A stretch of 64,000 nt of DNA from Terriglobia bacterium (GCA_963748015.1 CAVVHE010000005.1:256001-320000); one strand, 5' to 3'; shown: positions 10,327 through 20,126, counted from the first letter of the stretch. Made by a program: numbers and translations. Notes: generated from the sequence alone by a model not told the origin.

Positions 10327-11472
10327 ATGCGCGGTCGGGTCCTTCTGTTGCTGCTCGGGTCCGTCGTGGCGGCCGGGCTGTCCTTCGGGAAGCCCATGGA
10401 CAAGGGCCGCCTCACCCGGAGCGACATCTGCGGCGAGTGCCACCGAGACATCTTCGAGATGTGGCAGCGCTCCGCGCACGCGAAGGCCATGGAGGACCCG
10501 GTCTTCCAGGACGCCTTCCGCGACACCCGGTCCAAGGAGGGCGACGCGGTCTCCCGCGTCTGCCTCGGCTGCCACGCGCCCGCGGTGGAGTTCGCGAAGG
10601 ACCCCGAGCTCGAGAAGAAGATCACCTGGGAAGGGATCGGCTGCGACGTCTGCCACTCCCTGGCGGCGGTTCGCATGGAGGGGCCCGGCCCCAAGCTGGT
10701 CCTCGATCCCGGTCCCGTGAAGCGCGGGCCGATCCGCGACGCGGTCTCGACGGGCCACGACGTGGCCTACTCGGAGCTCCACACCCAGTCCCTCGTCTGC
10801 GCGGGCTGCCACGAGTTCGCGAACGCCGACGGCACGGCGATCATGACGACCTACTCGGAGTGGAAGGGAAGCGAGTCCGCCAAGCAGGGAAAGACCTGCC
10901 AGCTGTGCCACATGGGCCGCACGAAGGCCAACGTCGTGGATCCCAAGGTGAAGCGCGTCCCGGGCCAGGAGGTGAACCTCCACGAGATGCCGGGAGGGCA
11001 TTCCCTCGACCAGCTCCACAAGGCCCTCACCGTCTCGTTCCAGCCCGAGCGCAAGGGGAACGAGCTGCTCCTCGACGTGCGGATCGCGAACCGGGGCGCC
11101 GGGCACGCGGTGCCGACGGGAATGCCGGGGCGGCGCGTGTTCCTCGACCTGACCGTGAGGAGCAGCGACGGCAGCTCCTTCGAGGAGCGCAAGTCCTACG
11201 GCAAGTCCTTTCTGGACGCGAGCGGCCAGACGATCACCCGCGACAGCGCCTACTTCGCCAAGGGGGTCAAGCTCGAGACCGACTCGCGCCTGCGCCCGGA
11301 CGAGCAGCGCGTGGAGCGCTTCCGCTTCCCGATACCGACCTCCGCGACCGCCTTCGTGTCGGTGAAGCTGCGCTACGAGCACGCCCCGACCGGCGGCCCG
11401 GAGAACCGGACCTCGATCACCTTCCTCTCGGAGGACCGGACGCTCCCGCCGTCGGGCACCGCCAAGCCCTGA
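10327..11472 (+). CDS. Periplasmic pentaheme c-type cytochrome (cytochrome c554-like)
   Basis: Signal peptide and five CxxCH motifs (CGECH, CLGCH, CDVCH, CAGCH, CQLCH), plus TYSEW and GHAVPTG. ATG 10327 follows GGAGGAG. Confidence 0.9.
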   Translation: MRGRVLLLLLGSVVAAGLSFGKPMDKGRLTRSDICGECHRDIFEMWQRSAHAKAMEDPVFQDAFRDTRSKEGDAVSRVCLGCHAPAVEFAKDPELEKKITWEGIGCDVCHSLAAVRMEGPGPKLVLDPGPVKRGPIRDAVSTGHDVAYSELHTQSLVCAGCHEFANADGTAIMTTYSEWKGSESAKQGKTCQLCHMGRTKANVVDPKVKRVPGQEVNLHEMPGGHSLDQLHKALTVSFQPERKGNELLLDVRIANRGAGHAVPTGMPGRRVFLDLTVRSSDGSSFEERKSYGKSFLDASGQTITRDSAYFAKGVKLETDSRLRPDEQRVERFRFPIPTSATAFVSVKLRYEHAPTGGPENRTSITFLSEDRTLPPSGTAKP

Positions 11473-11485
11473 CGCGCGATCGATC

Positions 11486-11572
11486 GGCTGCTTCGGTCCG
11501 AAGGGGGAAGCGTCCGCAGACGGCCCTTTTCCGGGCCGGCGCGGATGCTTCCCCCTTCGGACCGAAGCAGCC
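11486..11572 (+). repeat. REP-like long hairpin, copy A
   Basis: Arms GGCTGCTTCGGTCCGAAGGGGGAAGC and GCTTCCCCCTTCGGACCGAAGCAGCC enclose the core AGACGGCCC-TTTTCC-GGGCCG. Confidence 0.85.
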
Positions 11573-11593
11573 CCACCCCGCATGGCCCACCGC

Positions 11594-11667
11594 GGGGCCC
11601 GAGGCGGGAGGCGTTCCTCGCCGGCCCGGAAAAGGGCCGTCTGCGGACGCCTCCCGCCTCGGGCCCC
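11594..11667 (-). repeat. REP-like long hairpin, copy B (opposite orientation to A)
   Basis: 21-bp perfect arms GGGGCCCGAGGCGGGAGGCGT and ACGCCTCCCGCCTCGGGCCCC around the same core, read on the minus strand. Confidence 0.85.
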
Positions 11668-11708
11668 TTTCGCTCGTGGGCACGCGAGGACGAGCCGGCG
11701 ACGGCGGG

Positions 11709-13868
11709 TCAGCTCAGCCCGTCGAGCAGGGCGAGGAACCTCGGGTGGTTCCGCACGGGGTCGAGGTTGCTGTCGTGCTCGTACCAGCCCTTCTGCGTCA
11801 CGCCGTGGCGCACCGCGCTCTCGAGGCAGTCGAGCGCCTCGTCCACCTCTCCCGCCAGCGAGTAGATGCACCCCAGGTTGTAGAGGAGCATCGCTTCCTC
11901 GGGAGCCAGGCTGCGGGCGAGGCGGGCCCACTCGAGGCCTGCCTCGCGCTCCCCTAGCGCGACGCGGCCGTTGGCCCCCATGTAGAGGGCGCGCGCGTCG
12001 TCCGGGTGCAGCTCGAGGCGGGCCTCGACGAGGGCGACCCCGCGGCACCGGGCCGTGCGGCCTTCCTCGGGGCGGCCGAGGTCGTCGTAGATCTGGGCGG
12101 CCAGCAGGGGGGACTGGTAGTCCTCGGGCCTCACGCGCATCGCCTGCTCGTACAGGCTGACGGCCCGCTCGAGCTCGCCCGACACGAAGCACTTGCGCGC
12201 GTAGAAGTACCACGCCTCGAAGAGGTCCGGGTCGAGCTTGATCGCCGTCTCGAACTCGCGCTCGGCCTCGTCGTAGTGGCCGCCGAGGTGCAGCGCCGCT
12301 CCGCGGGACGCGTGGGCCTGCGCGGAGTCGGGGGCGAGCTCGACCGCCCGGCGGCTCGCATTCTCCGCCTGCTCCCGTATTCCGTCCTTGCGCTCGGAGT
12401 ACAGGTAGATGTACGACCAGCAATCGGCGAGCCCCGCGTGCGCCAGCGCGTACCCAGGATCGAGCTCGACCGCCCGCGAGAACAGCTGCAGGGCGAACTC
12501 GATGTCGCGCCGGCCGTACCGGTAGTAGTAGTTCCGCCCACGCAGGTAGTAGTCGTAGGCCTGCACGTCGAGCGTGGGCGCCCTGCCGAGCGCTCCCCGC
12601 TCCTGCGGGCTCAGCGTCACCTTGAGCGCGCGGACCACGTTCCGGGCGATCTCCTCCTGGATCTCGAAGACGTCCTTCATCTCGCGGTCGAAGCGCTCCG
12701 ACCACAGGTGGAAGCCGCTCCCGGCCTCGATCAGCTGGACGATGATCCGAAGCCGGCTCCCCGCCTTGCGCACGCTTCCCTCGAGGAGCGTCAGGACGTC
12801 GAGCCGGCGGCCGATCTCCCGGCTGTCGAGGGGGGCGTCCCTGAGCTGGAACGACGACGTACGCGACGCGACGCGCAGCTCCTGCAGCTTGCTCAGCGCG
12901 TTGATGATCTCCTCCGCCATCCCGTCGCAGAAGTACCCCTGGTCCTTCTCGGGGCTCATGTCCGCGAACGGCAGGACGGCAATGGAAGCGTCCCGCTTCG
13001 TCTCGAGCGAGCCTCCCTCGCGGCGCAGGCTTTCGAGCTCGTTGCGGAGATCGAGCGCCGACTGGGTGCGCTGCCGAAGGTCCTTCTCGAGGCAGCGCTT
13101 CAGGATCCGGTCGAGCTCGCGGGGGAGCCGGGGGTTCAGCTCCGCGACCGACCGCGGCTCGTCCTTGAGAATCGAGGCGACCGCGTCCGCGGCGGTTTCT
13201 CCCGCGAAAGGCAGCTCGCCGGTCGCGATCTCGAAGAGGATCACGCCGAGCGAGAACAGGTCGGAGCGGTGATCGATCGACTCCGCGCGGAGCTGCTCGG
13301 GGGACATGTACCGGATCGTGCCCGAGAAGCTCCTCCCCATCCTCGAGTCGGCCGTCGTGTCGTCCTCGGACGGGAGCGGTGACGCCTTCGCGAGATACCG
13401 GGCGAGCCCGAAGTCGAGCACCTTCACGGCGCCGCCGGGGCCGACCACGACGTTGCCGGGCTTGAGGTCCCTGTGGATGATGCCGCGCTCGTGCGCCGCC
13501 GAGATCGCGCCGGCGAGGGGGACCGCGAGCTTGAGGAAGCGGTCGAGCGGCATGCCGCCCTGCGCGATCCGCTTGGAGAGGGGTTCTCCATCGACGTACT
13601 CCATGACGAAGAACCGCTCGCCCTCCGATTCCTCGAAGGAGTGGATCGTGACGATGTTGGGGTGACTGAGCGCGGCGATCGCCTTCGCCTCGCGCTCGAG
13701 GTTCGCCCTGCGCTCGGGATCGTTCGCGAAGCGTGGGGACAGGAACTTGATCGCCACCTCGCGGTCGAGCTTGAGGTCCAGGGCCTTCCAAACGACCCCC
13801 ATGCCGCCCTCGCCGAGCTTCTCCACCAGGCGGTAGTGGGAGACGACCCCATCAACCTCGATGACCAT
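11709..13868 (-). CDS. Ser/Thr protein kinase with TolB-like and TPR domains
   Basis: LGEGGMGVV, VAIK, HRDLKPGN, DFGLA, YMSPEQ, then SIAVLPFADMS and TPRs. Confidence 0.95.
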   Translation of the reverse strand: MVIEVDGVVSHYRLVEKLGEGGMGVVWKALDLKLDREVAIKFLSPRFANDPERRANLEREAKAIAALSHPNIVTIHSFEESEGERFFVMEYVDGEPLSKRIAQGGMPLDRFLKLAVPLAGAISAAHERGIIHRDLKPGNVVVGPGGAVKVLDFGLARYLAKASPLPSEDDTTADSRMGRSFSGTIRYMSPEQLRAESIDHRSDLFSLGVILFEIATGELPFAGETAADAVASILKDEPRSVAELNPRLPRELDRILKRCLEKDLRQRTQSALDLRNELESLRREGGSLETKRDASIAVLPFADMSPEKDQGYFCDGMAEEIINALSKLQELRVASRTSSFQLRDAPLDSREIGRRLDVLTLLEGSVRKAGSRLRIIVQLIEAGSGFHLWSERFDREMKDVFEIQEEIARNVVRALKVTLSPQERGALGRAPTLDVQAYDYYLRGRNYYYRYGRRDIEFALQLFSRAVELDPGYALAHAGLADCWSYIYLYSERKDGIREQAENASRRAVELAPDSAQAHASRGAALHLGGHYDEAEREFETAIKLDPDLFEAWYFYARKCFVSGELERAVSLYEQAMRVRPEDYQSPLLAAQIYDDLGRPEEGRTARCRGVALVEARLELHPDDARALYMGANGRVALGEREAGLEWARLARSLAPEEAMLLYNLGCIYSLAGEVDEALDCLESAVRHGVTQKGWYEHDSNLDPVRNHPRFLALLDGLS

Positions 13869-13925
13869 CCGCCGACCTCCGCGTTGACGTCGTCCCCGAA
13901 AGTCTAGCACTGCCGGGCCGCGGCT

Positions 13926-14921
13926 TCAGCGATTGCGTGCGACCAGGATCGAGCTCATCGTCGGCTCGCGGTGCGCGACGGCCACGTCCCGGAATCCCGC
14001 CGCTTCGAGATCCTCTCTCAGCTCCTCGACCGTGTAGGTACCGCCCGCCTCGCTGCCCACCAGCATGTTCACCGCGAACAGCGCGCCGGCCGCCGGCTCG
14101 GTGCGCGACGGCTCCATCAGGATGTCGCGGATCGCGATCCGCCCGCCTTCGGCGAGCGCCTCGCCCACCTTGCGGAAGAGCCCGCGGTTCTCCTCGCGCG
14201 AGTTCTGGTGGACGATCGCGCTGACCCAGGCCAGGTCCGCCCCGGGCGGGAGCGCGTCGCGGTAGAAATCTCCGGCCGCGAGCGTGACCCGCTCCGCGAG
14301 TCCCGCCTCGGCGAATCGCAGCCGGGCCAGCGGGATCGCCTCCGGCAGGTCGAAGAGTATCGCCCGGCCCGAAGGACAGGCCCTCAGGAAGGCCACCGTC
14401 CAGGTGCCCGAGCCTCCTCCCACGTCGAGGAGACAGCGGAACTCGAGCGGCTCGACGTGGCGGATCACGGCGTCCGCGATCGGTCCCGAGATGTCGTTCA
14501 TGGCCAGGACGAACGCCTCCCGATCGGCGGCCTCCCCCCGCACACTCGGCGCGCGCCCGCCGGGCCTTCCGGCCTTCACGGTGCTCGCCAGCGTCGCCCA
14601 GCGCCTCAGGCAGTTCGCCTGGTGCTGGACCATCGAGAGCACGCTTCCCTCGCCGGTGCCGCCGAGCGCGCCGGCCACCGGCTCGGGTAGGGAGTAGACG
14701 CCCCCGTGCTTGTCGAGGAGCGAGAGCGCCGCCAGCGCGTCGAGGAGGACCGTCGTCGCCCGCTCGTCGGCCGGGAGCCTGCGCGCGAGCGTCGCGGCAG
14801 GCATCGGCTCGCCGGCCAGCGCTCGGAACAGGTCGAGGTCCGCTGCAGCCGCCAGAACGCACGCGCCCTGGTAGCTCCGCGCAAGCTCGAGGACCTCGTC
14901 GCGGGACCAGACCTTCGCCAT
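13926..14921 (-). CDS. SAM-dependent O-methyltransferase with dimerisation domain
   Basis: LLDVGGGSG, LFDLPE, AGDFY, GGTYT. Confidence 0.9.
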   Translation of the reverse strand: MAKVWSRDEVLELARSYQGACVLAAAADLDLFRALAGEPMPAATLARRLPADERATTVLLDALAALSLLDKHGGVYSLPEPVAGALGGTGEGSVLSMVQHQANCLRRWATLASTVKAGRPGGRAPSVRGEAADREAFVLAMNDISGPIADAVIRHVEPLEFRCLLDVGGGSGTWTVAFLRACPSGRAILFDLPEAIPLARLRFAEAGLAERVTLAAGDFYRDALPPGADLAWVSAIVHQNSREENRGLFRKVGEALAEGGRIAIRDILMEPSRTEPAAGALFAVNMLVGSEAGGTYTVEELREDLEAAGFRDVAVAHREPTMSSILVARNR

Positions 14922-14933
14922 GCTCCCCTCCTC

Positions 14934-15095
14934 CATGGTGGACGCGAGATTGTGGGGTGTCCGGGGGTGGAATATACCCTTTCGAACTCGTGGCCGCCGA
15001 CGGACGCGGCCTCCTCGCTCTCGACGCGAAACCGCGCTTTTCTCGCCCGCCGCGACCTCGGCCGCTCGGCACCCCACAATCTCCCGTCCACCATG
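14934..15095. repeat. 162-bp intergenic segment bounded by 26-bp inverted repeats
   Basis: 14934-14959 CATGGTGGACGCGAGATTGTGGGGTG versus 15070-15095 CACCCCACAATCTCCCGTCCACCATG (25/26 complementary). CTC lies on both outer flanks. Confidence 0.85.
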
Positions 15096-15142
15096 CTCTT
15101 GACCGGGGTCATGCCGCCGGCCGGAACCCGCCGGCCGGCCGT

Positions 15143-15171
15143 TTTACATCGGTGGGGAGCTTCGCTACGAT
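15143..15171 (+). promoter_or_regulatory. sigma70-type promoter of the SnoaL-like gene
   Basis: TTTACA-N17-TACGAT about 55 nt upstream of ATG 15226. Confidence 0.6.
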
Positions 15172-15225
15172 GCCCCCGCGCCATTCCCCGGCGGCGTCCG
15201 CCGTCGTCGCCTTTCGGAGGAAGTC

Positions 15226-15597
15226 ATGTCCGACACGTCGTTCGTCGTGCCGCTTTTCCGCTCCATCGACGCGATGGATGCGAGCCGTTTCGCCTCGTTT
15301 CTCACGGAAGACGCCGTGTTCCGTTTCGGGAACGGCCCGGAGGTGGGCGGCAGGGGGGCGATCCGCGAGGCCGTGGCGGGGTTCTTCGGGATGATCGCGG
15401 GACTCGAGCACCGGATCACCGACACGTGGGCCCAGCCGGGCACGGTCATCTGCCGCGGAGAGGTCACCTACACGCGCAAGGACGGGACGAAGCTCATCGT
15501 CCCCTTCGCGGACGTGTTCGGCATGCGCGGAGAATCGGTGGCGGACTACCGGATCTACATGGACGCGTCGGCGCTCTTCTCTCCGCCCGCGGCGTGA
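15226..15597 (+). CDS. SnoaL-like / NTF2-family protein
   Basis: LTEDAVFRFGN...GRGAIRE...YRIYMD. GGAGG RBS. Confidence 0.88.
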   Translation: MSDTSFVVPLFRSIDAMDASRFASFLTEDAVFRFGNGPEVGGRGAIREAVAGFFGMIAGLEHRITDTWAQPGTVICRGEVTYTRKDGTKLIVPFADVFGMRGESVADYRIYMDASALFSPPAA

Positions 15598-15663
15598 GGC
15601 AGGCCGCCGAGGCGGCGCGCCTCCGACCCTGGGAAGATCGGTGGGCGGAAGCGGTCCGGCGGT

Positions 15664-15882
15664 CTACTTGGCCCGCGCGACCTTCTTCGTCCTGGCGGAC
15701 CGCGCCGGGGCCGGAGCGTCGCTGTGCCCGAGCTGGACGAGACTGGTCACGAACTTCCGCGTGCCCTTCTCGTCGAAGACGATCGTCATGTACCGGTCGT
15801 CCACCCCGCTGATCGTTCCCAGCCCGAAAACGGCGTGGGTAACGCGGTCGTTTGCGGAGAATGCCGAGGAGCTCTTCGCCAT
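15664..15882 (-). CDS. Small stand-alone PcrA/UvrD C-terminal Tudor-like protein
   Basis: FSANDRVTHAVFGLGTISGV...TIVFDEKGTRKF resembles GDRVxHxxFGxGxV. Basic tail and GAGGA RBS. Confidence 0.7.
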   Translation of the reverse strand: MAKSSSAFSANDRVTHAVFGLGTISGVDDRYMTIVFDEKGTRKFVTSLVQLGHSDAPAPARSARTKKVARAK

Positions 15883-15999
15883 CGTGTCCTCGTTTCCGTA
15901 CGAGAGAATGTGGCCGGGACGTCGCTATATGCTAGCAGATCAGCGGCTTGCTGTCGACGTCCCGACGCGGCCCGGCTGCCGGAGCGGCTCCGGGACATC

Positions 16000-17376
16000 C
16001 TAGCGGCCGCTCCTCCGACCCGGCCCGAGCCCTCTCGGCCGTACCCCGGGCTGGGCGCCCGCGGCGGGCGCGTGCTTGTCGAGGATCGCCTGGAGCCTCG
16101 CCTCTCGTTCGCCCCGGCCGCGGGACGGAGGCGCCGGCTTCTGTTTCCCCGCGCCGAACCCTTCCTTCGGGCGTGGCCGCCCACCGCCCCTGGCGGCGCG
16201 CGCCGCCGCGAGGCGCTCCCGGATCGGGATCTCGAGCCTTCCTTCGGGCCGCTTCGCGTAGTCGAAGCCGGGAAGCGTGACCCTCGGGAGGCGCTTCCCC
16301 ACGACACGCTCGATCGCCGTGAGATCGCCTTCCTCCTCCGGAGAGACGAGCGTGAACGCGTCTCCCGTAGCCTCGGCCCGGGCCGTCCTTCCGACGCGGT
16401 GGATGTACGAGTCCGGATCGGCCGGGACGTCGAAGTTGACGACGTGACCGAGCGCCTCCACGTCGATGCCGCGTGACACGATGTCGGTGGCGACCAGGAT
16501 CCGGTGGCGCCCCGCCTTGAACCCCGCGAGCGCCTCCGTCCGCTGGTTCTGGCTCCGGTTCCCGTGGATGCGCGCCGTCGAGATCCGGTGCGTCTCGAGA
16601 AAGGCGGCGAGCCGGTTGGCGCGGTGCTTCGTGCGGGTGAACACGATCGCGTCCGCGATGATGTCCCGGGTCAGGAGCTCCAGCAGCAGCGCCGGTTTCA
16701 GCTCCCTGGCGACCGGGTAGACCGCCTGGGTGATGCCGATCGCGGGCGCCGACCTGCGCTCGAGGTTGATGGTGGAAGGGTCGGACAGCATCTCCTGCGC
16801 GAGACCGAGGATGTCCTTCGGCATGGTCGCGCTGAAGAACAGCGTCTGTCTCTTCCGGGGAAGCTGCCGGAGAATCCTGCGGATGTCGGGGAGAAAACCC
16901 ATGTCGAGCATCCGGTCCGCCTCGTCCAGGACCAGGACCTCGAGCTCGCCGAACCGCGCGTAGGAATGGCGGAGATGATCGAGCAGCCTGCCCGGCGTCG
17001 CGACGACCACGTCCACGCCGCTCCTGAAGGCATGCTCCTGCGGTCCCATCGCCACGCCGCCGAAGACGCTCGCCCCGGTGACCGGCGTGTGGACCGCCAG
17101 CGCCTCGAGGTGCGAGTGGATCTGGGCGGCGAGCTCTCTCGTCGGCGTCAGGATCAGCGCGCGGGTGGAGCGTCGCGGCTTGCGCATGAGCCGGTGGAGG
17201 ATCGGGAGCAGGAACGCCGCGGTCTTGCCGCTGCCGGTCATCGCGCAGGCGAGGACATCGCGGCCTTCCACCGCGGGCGGGATGGCCTGCTCCTGGATCG
17301 GCGTCGGCCGGGTGAACCCCAGGTCCTTGACCCCCTTGAGGAGGTCGGGGTGGAGGTGAAAGCCCGAGAACGGCAT
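16000..17376 (-). CDS. rhlE: DEAD-box RNA helicase (RhlE-like)
   Basis: PTPIQ, TGSGKT, PTRELA, TPGRL, DEAD, SAT, HRVGRTAR. Confidence 0.92.
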   Translation of the reverse strand: MPFSGFHLHPDLLKGVKDLGFTRPTPIQEQAIPPAVEGRDVLACAMTGSGKTAAFLLPILHRLMRKPRRSTRALILTPTRELAAQIHSHLEALAVHTPVTGASVFGGVAMGPQEHAFRSGVDVVVATPGRLLDHLRHSYARFGELEVLVLDEADRMLDMGFLPDIRRILRQLPRKRQTLFFSATMPKDILGLAQEMLSDPSTINLERRSAPAIGITQAVYPVARELKPALLLELLTRDIIADAIVFTRTKHRANRLAAFLETHRISTARIHGNRSQNQRTEALAGFKAGRHRILVATDIVSRGIDVEALGHVVNFDVPADPDSYIHRVGRTARAEATGDAFTLVSPEEEGDLTAIERVVGKRLPRVTLPGFDYAKRPEGRLEIPIRERLAAARAARGGGRPRPKEGFGAGKQKPAPPSRGRGEREARLQAILDKHAPAAGAQPGVRPRGLGPGRRSGR

Positions 17377-17668
17377 CGAATCGTCCTTTCTTGCCAGGAC
17401 CGGCGCTGGCGGATACGAAGGGGCGCCTTGGCGGCGGGCTCCGGTTCGCCCGGCTCGCGGACCGATCCGCGCCCCCTCGAAGGCAAACCGCCGATCTTCT
17501 CGCGGCCGCCCGTACACCCGGGGCCAAGTCTACCGCGAAACCCGGCCTCGCGCGGATCCGGCGGGGAAGGCCCGCGGCGTCGCGTGCCCGATTCTCTTGA
17601 GGGGAACGGCGAGGTGAGGTATCGTGCACGCTCGAAGAGAAACTGGCATCGAGGAGGTGAAGCAAATA

Positions 17669-17956
17669 ATGGAAACGGAGAAGAAGCTGGCCGCGAGGAG
17701 GTCCGTCGCGGCGAAGAAGAAGACGGCCGCCGCCCCCGCGCCGAGCAAGACGCGCAAGAAGACTCCCACGGCCGCCAAGTCCGCGAAGCCGAGGCACGGC
17801 ATGCCGCCGGAAGAACGGCAGAGACTGATCGCGCAGGCGGCCTACCTCAGGGCGGAGCGCCGCGGTTTCTCCGGCGGGAGCCCCGAGCAGGACTGGCTCC
17901 TGGCCGAGGCCGAGATCGACGCGATGCTCATGAAGAGGGGCGCAGGAGAGGACTAG
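17669..17956 (+). CDS. DUF2934-domain protein with a Lys/Ala-rich N-terminus
   Basis: IAQAAYLRAERRGF...EQDWLLAEAEI. GAGGAGGT RBS. Confidence 0.85.
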   Translation: METEKKLAARRSVAAKKKTAAAPAPSKTRKKTPTAAKSAKPRHGMPPEERQRLIAQAAYLRAERRGFSGGSPEQDWLLAEAEIDAMLMKRGAGED

Positions 17957-18031
17957 CCGCCCGCGGGCGCGGCGGGCGCTCCGCCGCGTCCGGACGATCG
18001 CGAGCCGAGCGACCGGGAGGCTTCCCAGGCC

Positions 18032-18424
18032 TCAGTCGGTCCCCGGCGCGGGGCGAAGCGCGACGTAGGCCCACGCGAACAGCACGCCCATCGCCACGTC
18101 CGCGACCACGAACGGCTTCCACATCCCGGGCAGACCGCCCGCGGCCCAGTACCACGTCGTGATCCCGCAGTACGCGATCTTGAGGAGGATCCCGTAGGGG
18201 ATCAGGTCGCGGTTTCGGGCCGGGTCCCTCGCGACCGCCAGGAACATCAGCCCGAAGATCAGCAGCAGCGCCGCGGGAAACTGGACGTATCCCATGTGAT
18301 TCGGAGGCGTGACGGCGAACGTACGGAAGGGATAGTCCGGAAACACGAGGAAGGCGGCGCCGAGCACCCCGTCGTAGAGCGCCGCGATCGCGAACAGAAG
18401 CCGGACCCATCCTTGGCTTTTCAT
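18032..18424 (-). CDS. Small membrane protein
   Basis: Four hydrophobic segments. ATG overlaps the 3' end of the radical SAM gene. Confidence 0.75.
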   Translation of the reverse strand: MKSQGWVRLLFAIAALYDGVLGAAFLVFPDYPFRTFAVTPPNHMGYVQFPAALLLIFGLMFLAVARDPARNRDLIPYGILLKIAYCGITTWYWAAGGLPGMWKPFVVADVAMGVLFAWAYVALRPAPGTD

Positions 18425-19749
18425 GGTTGCGCCTCGCTTCCGTGGCGTGAGGCGCGCAGGAACTTCCGGTTGAAGTTCTCGCGCCGCCACCTGGTCAGGT
18501 CCTCGCCGTAGAGCCGCTCCGCGAGACGGCGGAAGCCCTCGGTCAGCTCCCCAGCGCTCATCCGCCGGGGCTCGAAGTTGACGTCGAAAAGCGTGCAGCG
18601 CTCCCAGGCTCGCTCGCGCAGCAGGCGCCCCTCGCGCTCGAGGCGCGCGTGGAGCGGCGTGCCGGGGAACGGGGTCAGCAGCGTGATCTGCACGTCGTAG
18701 AGCTCCGTGTCGGCCGCGAAGTCGTACACCTGGTCGAAGATGGCCGGCGTGTGCTCGTCGAGGCCCAGCACGAAGCAGCCGTTGACCCGTATCCCGTGGG
18801 ACTGGATCCTCCGGATCGCCTCGCGGTACTGCGGCCAACGCTTGCGCTTCCAGTCCCGCTTCAGCTCGAGCCCGGCGAGCCCCGCCTCGACCGGGCTCTC
18901 GAGGCCGATCAGCACCTCCGCGCAGCCGCTCTCGCGCATCAGCCCTAGCAGCTCTTCGTCCTCGTGCACCGACAGGTCGGTCTCGGCGAACCAGCGGACG
19001 CGGCGCGGCGCGAGCTCGCGCAGCAGGCGTTTCCATTGGCGCTTGTCCACTAGCGCGTTGTCGTCCGCAAACTCCAGGAAGGGGCGAGGCCAGATCTCGC
19101 GGATCCGGTCGATCTCCGCGAGGACCCGCTCCACCGGCTTCTGCGCGTATCTCGACGTGAGCAGGATCGAGCTCGCGCAGAACTCGCACCGCAGGGGGCA
19201 CCCCCGGCTCGCCTGCACGGTCAGGCGGTTGTAGCGCTCCACCTCGAGCAGGTGGAACGCCGGCATGGGCGCCGTGGCGAGGTCGAAAGGCGCCTCGGAG
19301 CGATACGCGCTCCGGAGGCGCCCCGCCTCGGCATCCCGCAGCAGCCGCGGCCAGCTCCCCTCCCCTTCGCCGATCACGACCGCGTCGGCGTGCGCGGCCG
19401 CCTCCTCCGGCACGGCGCTCGCGTGCAGCCCCCCCAGCGCGACCTTGACGCCCTGCGCGCGATAGCGGTCCGCCAGCTCGTACGCCTCGCCGATCTGCGC
19501 GCTGAAGCTCGAGATCGCGACGAGGTCGAATCCCGCGGGCAGCGCGTCGAGCTTCCGTATGTCCTCGACCTCGAGGTACACGCACTCGTGCTCGGCCGGG
19601 GTCATCCCCGCGAGCGTGAGCAGGCCGAGGCTGGGGAGCGACGCGATCGTCTTGCTCCGCTCGACGAAGCCGGGCAGGGTCAGCCCGAGACGGAGGAGCT
19701 CCTCGTCGCACACCCTGATACCGCTCATCGCGATCAACCCGACTCTCAC
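18421..19749 (-). CDS. B12-binding radical SAM protein
   Basis: PSLGLLTLA, GGLHAS, VIGEGE, SRGCPLRCEFC (CxxxCxxC), FADDN, TPFPGT. Confidence 0.92.
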   Translation of the reverse strand: MRVGLIAMSGIRVCDEELLRLGLTLPGFVERSKTIASLPSLGLLTLAGMTPAEHECVYLEVEDIRKLDALPAGFDLVAISSFSAQIGEAYELADRYRAQGVKVALGGLHASAVPEEAAAHADAVVIGEGEGSWPRLLRDAEAGRLRSAYRSEAPFDLATAPMPAFHLLEVERYNRLTVQASRGCPLRCEFCASSILLTSRYAQKPVERVLAEIDRIREIWPRPFLEFADDNALVDKRQWKRLLRELAPRRVRWFAETDLSVHEDEELLGLMRESGCAEVLIGLESPVEAGLAGLELKRDWKRKRWPQYREAIRRIQSHGIRVNGCFVLGLDEHTPAIFDQVYDFAADTELYDVQITLLTPFPGTPLHARLEREGRLLRERAWERCTLFDVNFEPRRMSAGELTEGFRRLAERLYGEDLTRWRRENFNRKFLRASRHGSEAQP

Positions 19750-20126
19750 GGCTTCACCACCGCGCGGACGAAATCCAGCGTGGCGAGTATCAGGCTGACT
19801 ACCGGCACGAAGAAAACGTGACGGAACGGCGGGCGCCATGCCGCGAGGGCGCAGACCGCCGGCATCGTCAGAGCACCCACGAGGAAGAGCGCCGAAGCCA
19901 GGCGCGGCGCGGGGCCCGCCTTCGCGGCACCGGCGGAAAGCGCGAACGCCACGTTCAGCAGGCCGGTGCCGACGAGCGAGATGTGCATCAGGCGGACCAT
20001 TCGGCGCCGCCACGAGGCGTACCCGCCGAGCCACTCGTCCCGGTGAAAGAACATCCCGATCGCGGCGCCCGACAGGAGTCCCGCCAGCACGGCCAGCCAG
20101 CCCACGACGAGGTTCACGGAGGTCAT
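19746..20126 (-). CDS. Small membrane protein
   Basis: Hydrophobic, with WLGGYASWRRRMVRLMH. 4-nt overlaps with both neighbours. Confidence 0.75.
   Translation of the reverse strand: MTSVNLVVGWLAVLAGLLSGAAIGMFFHRDEWLGGYASWRRRMVRLMHISLVGTGLLNVAFALSAGAAKAGPAPRLASALFLVGALTMPAVCALAAWRPPFRHVFFVPVVSLILATLDFVRAVVKP

Noticed and set aside
8245..13791. 1848-aa minus-strand ORF
   Set aside because: Arg/Pro/Gly-rich shadow frame that overlaps several well-supported genes, as expected at high GC.
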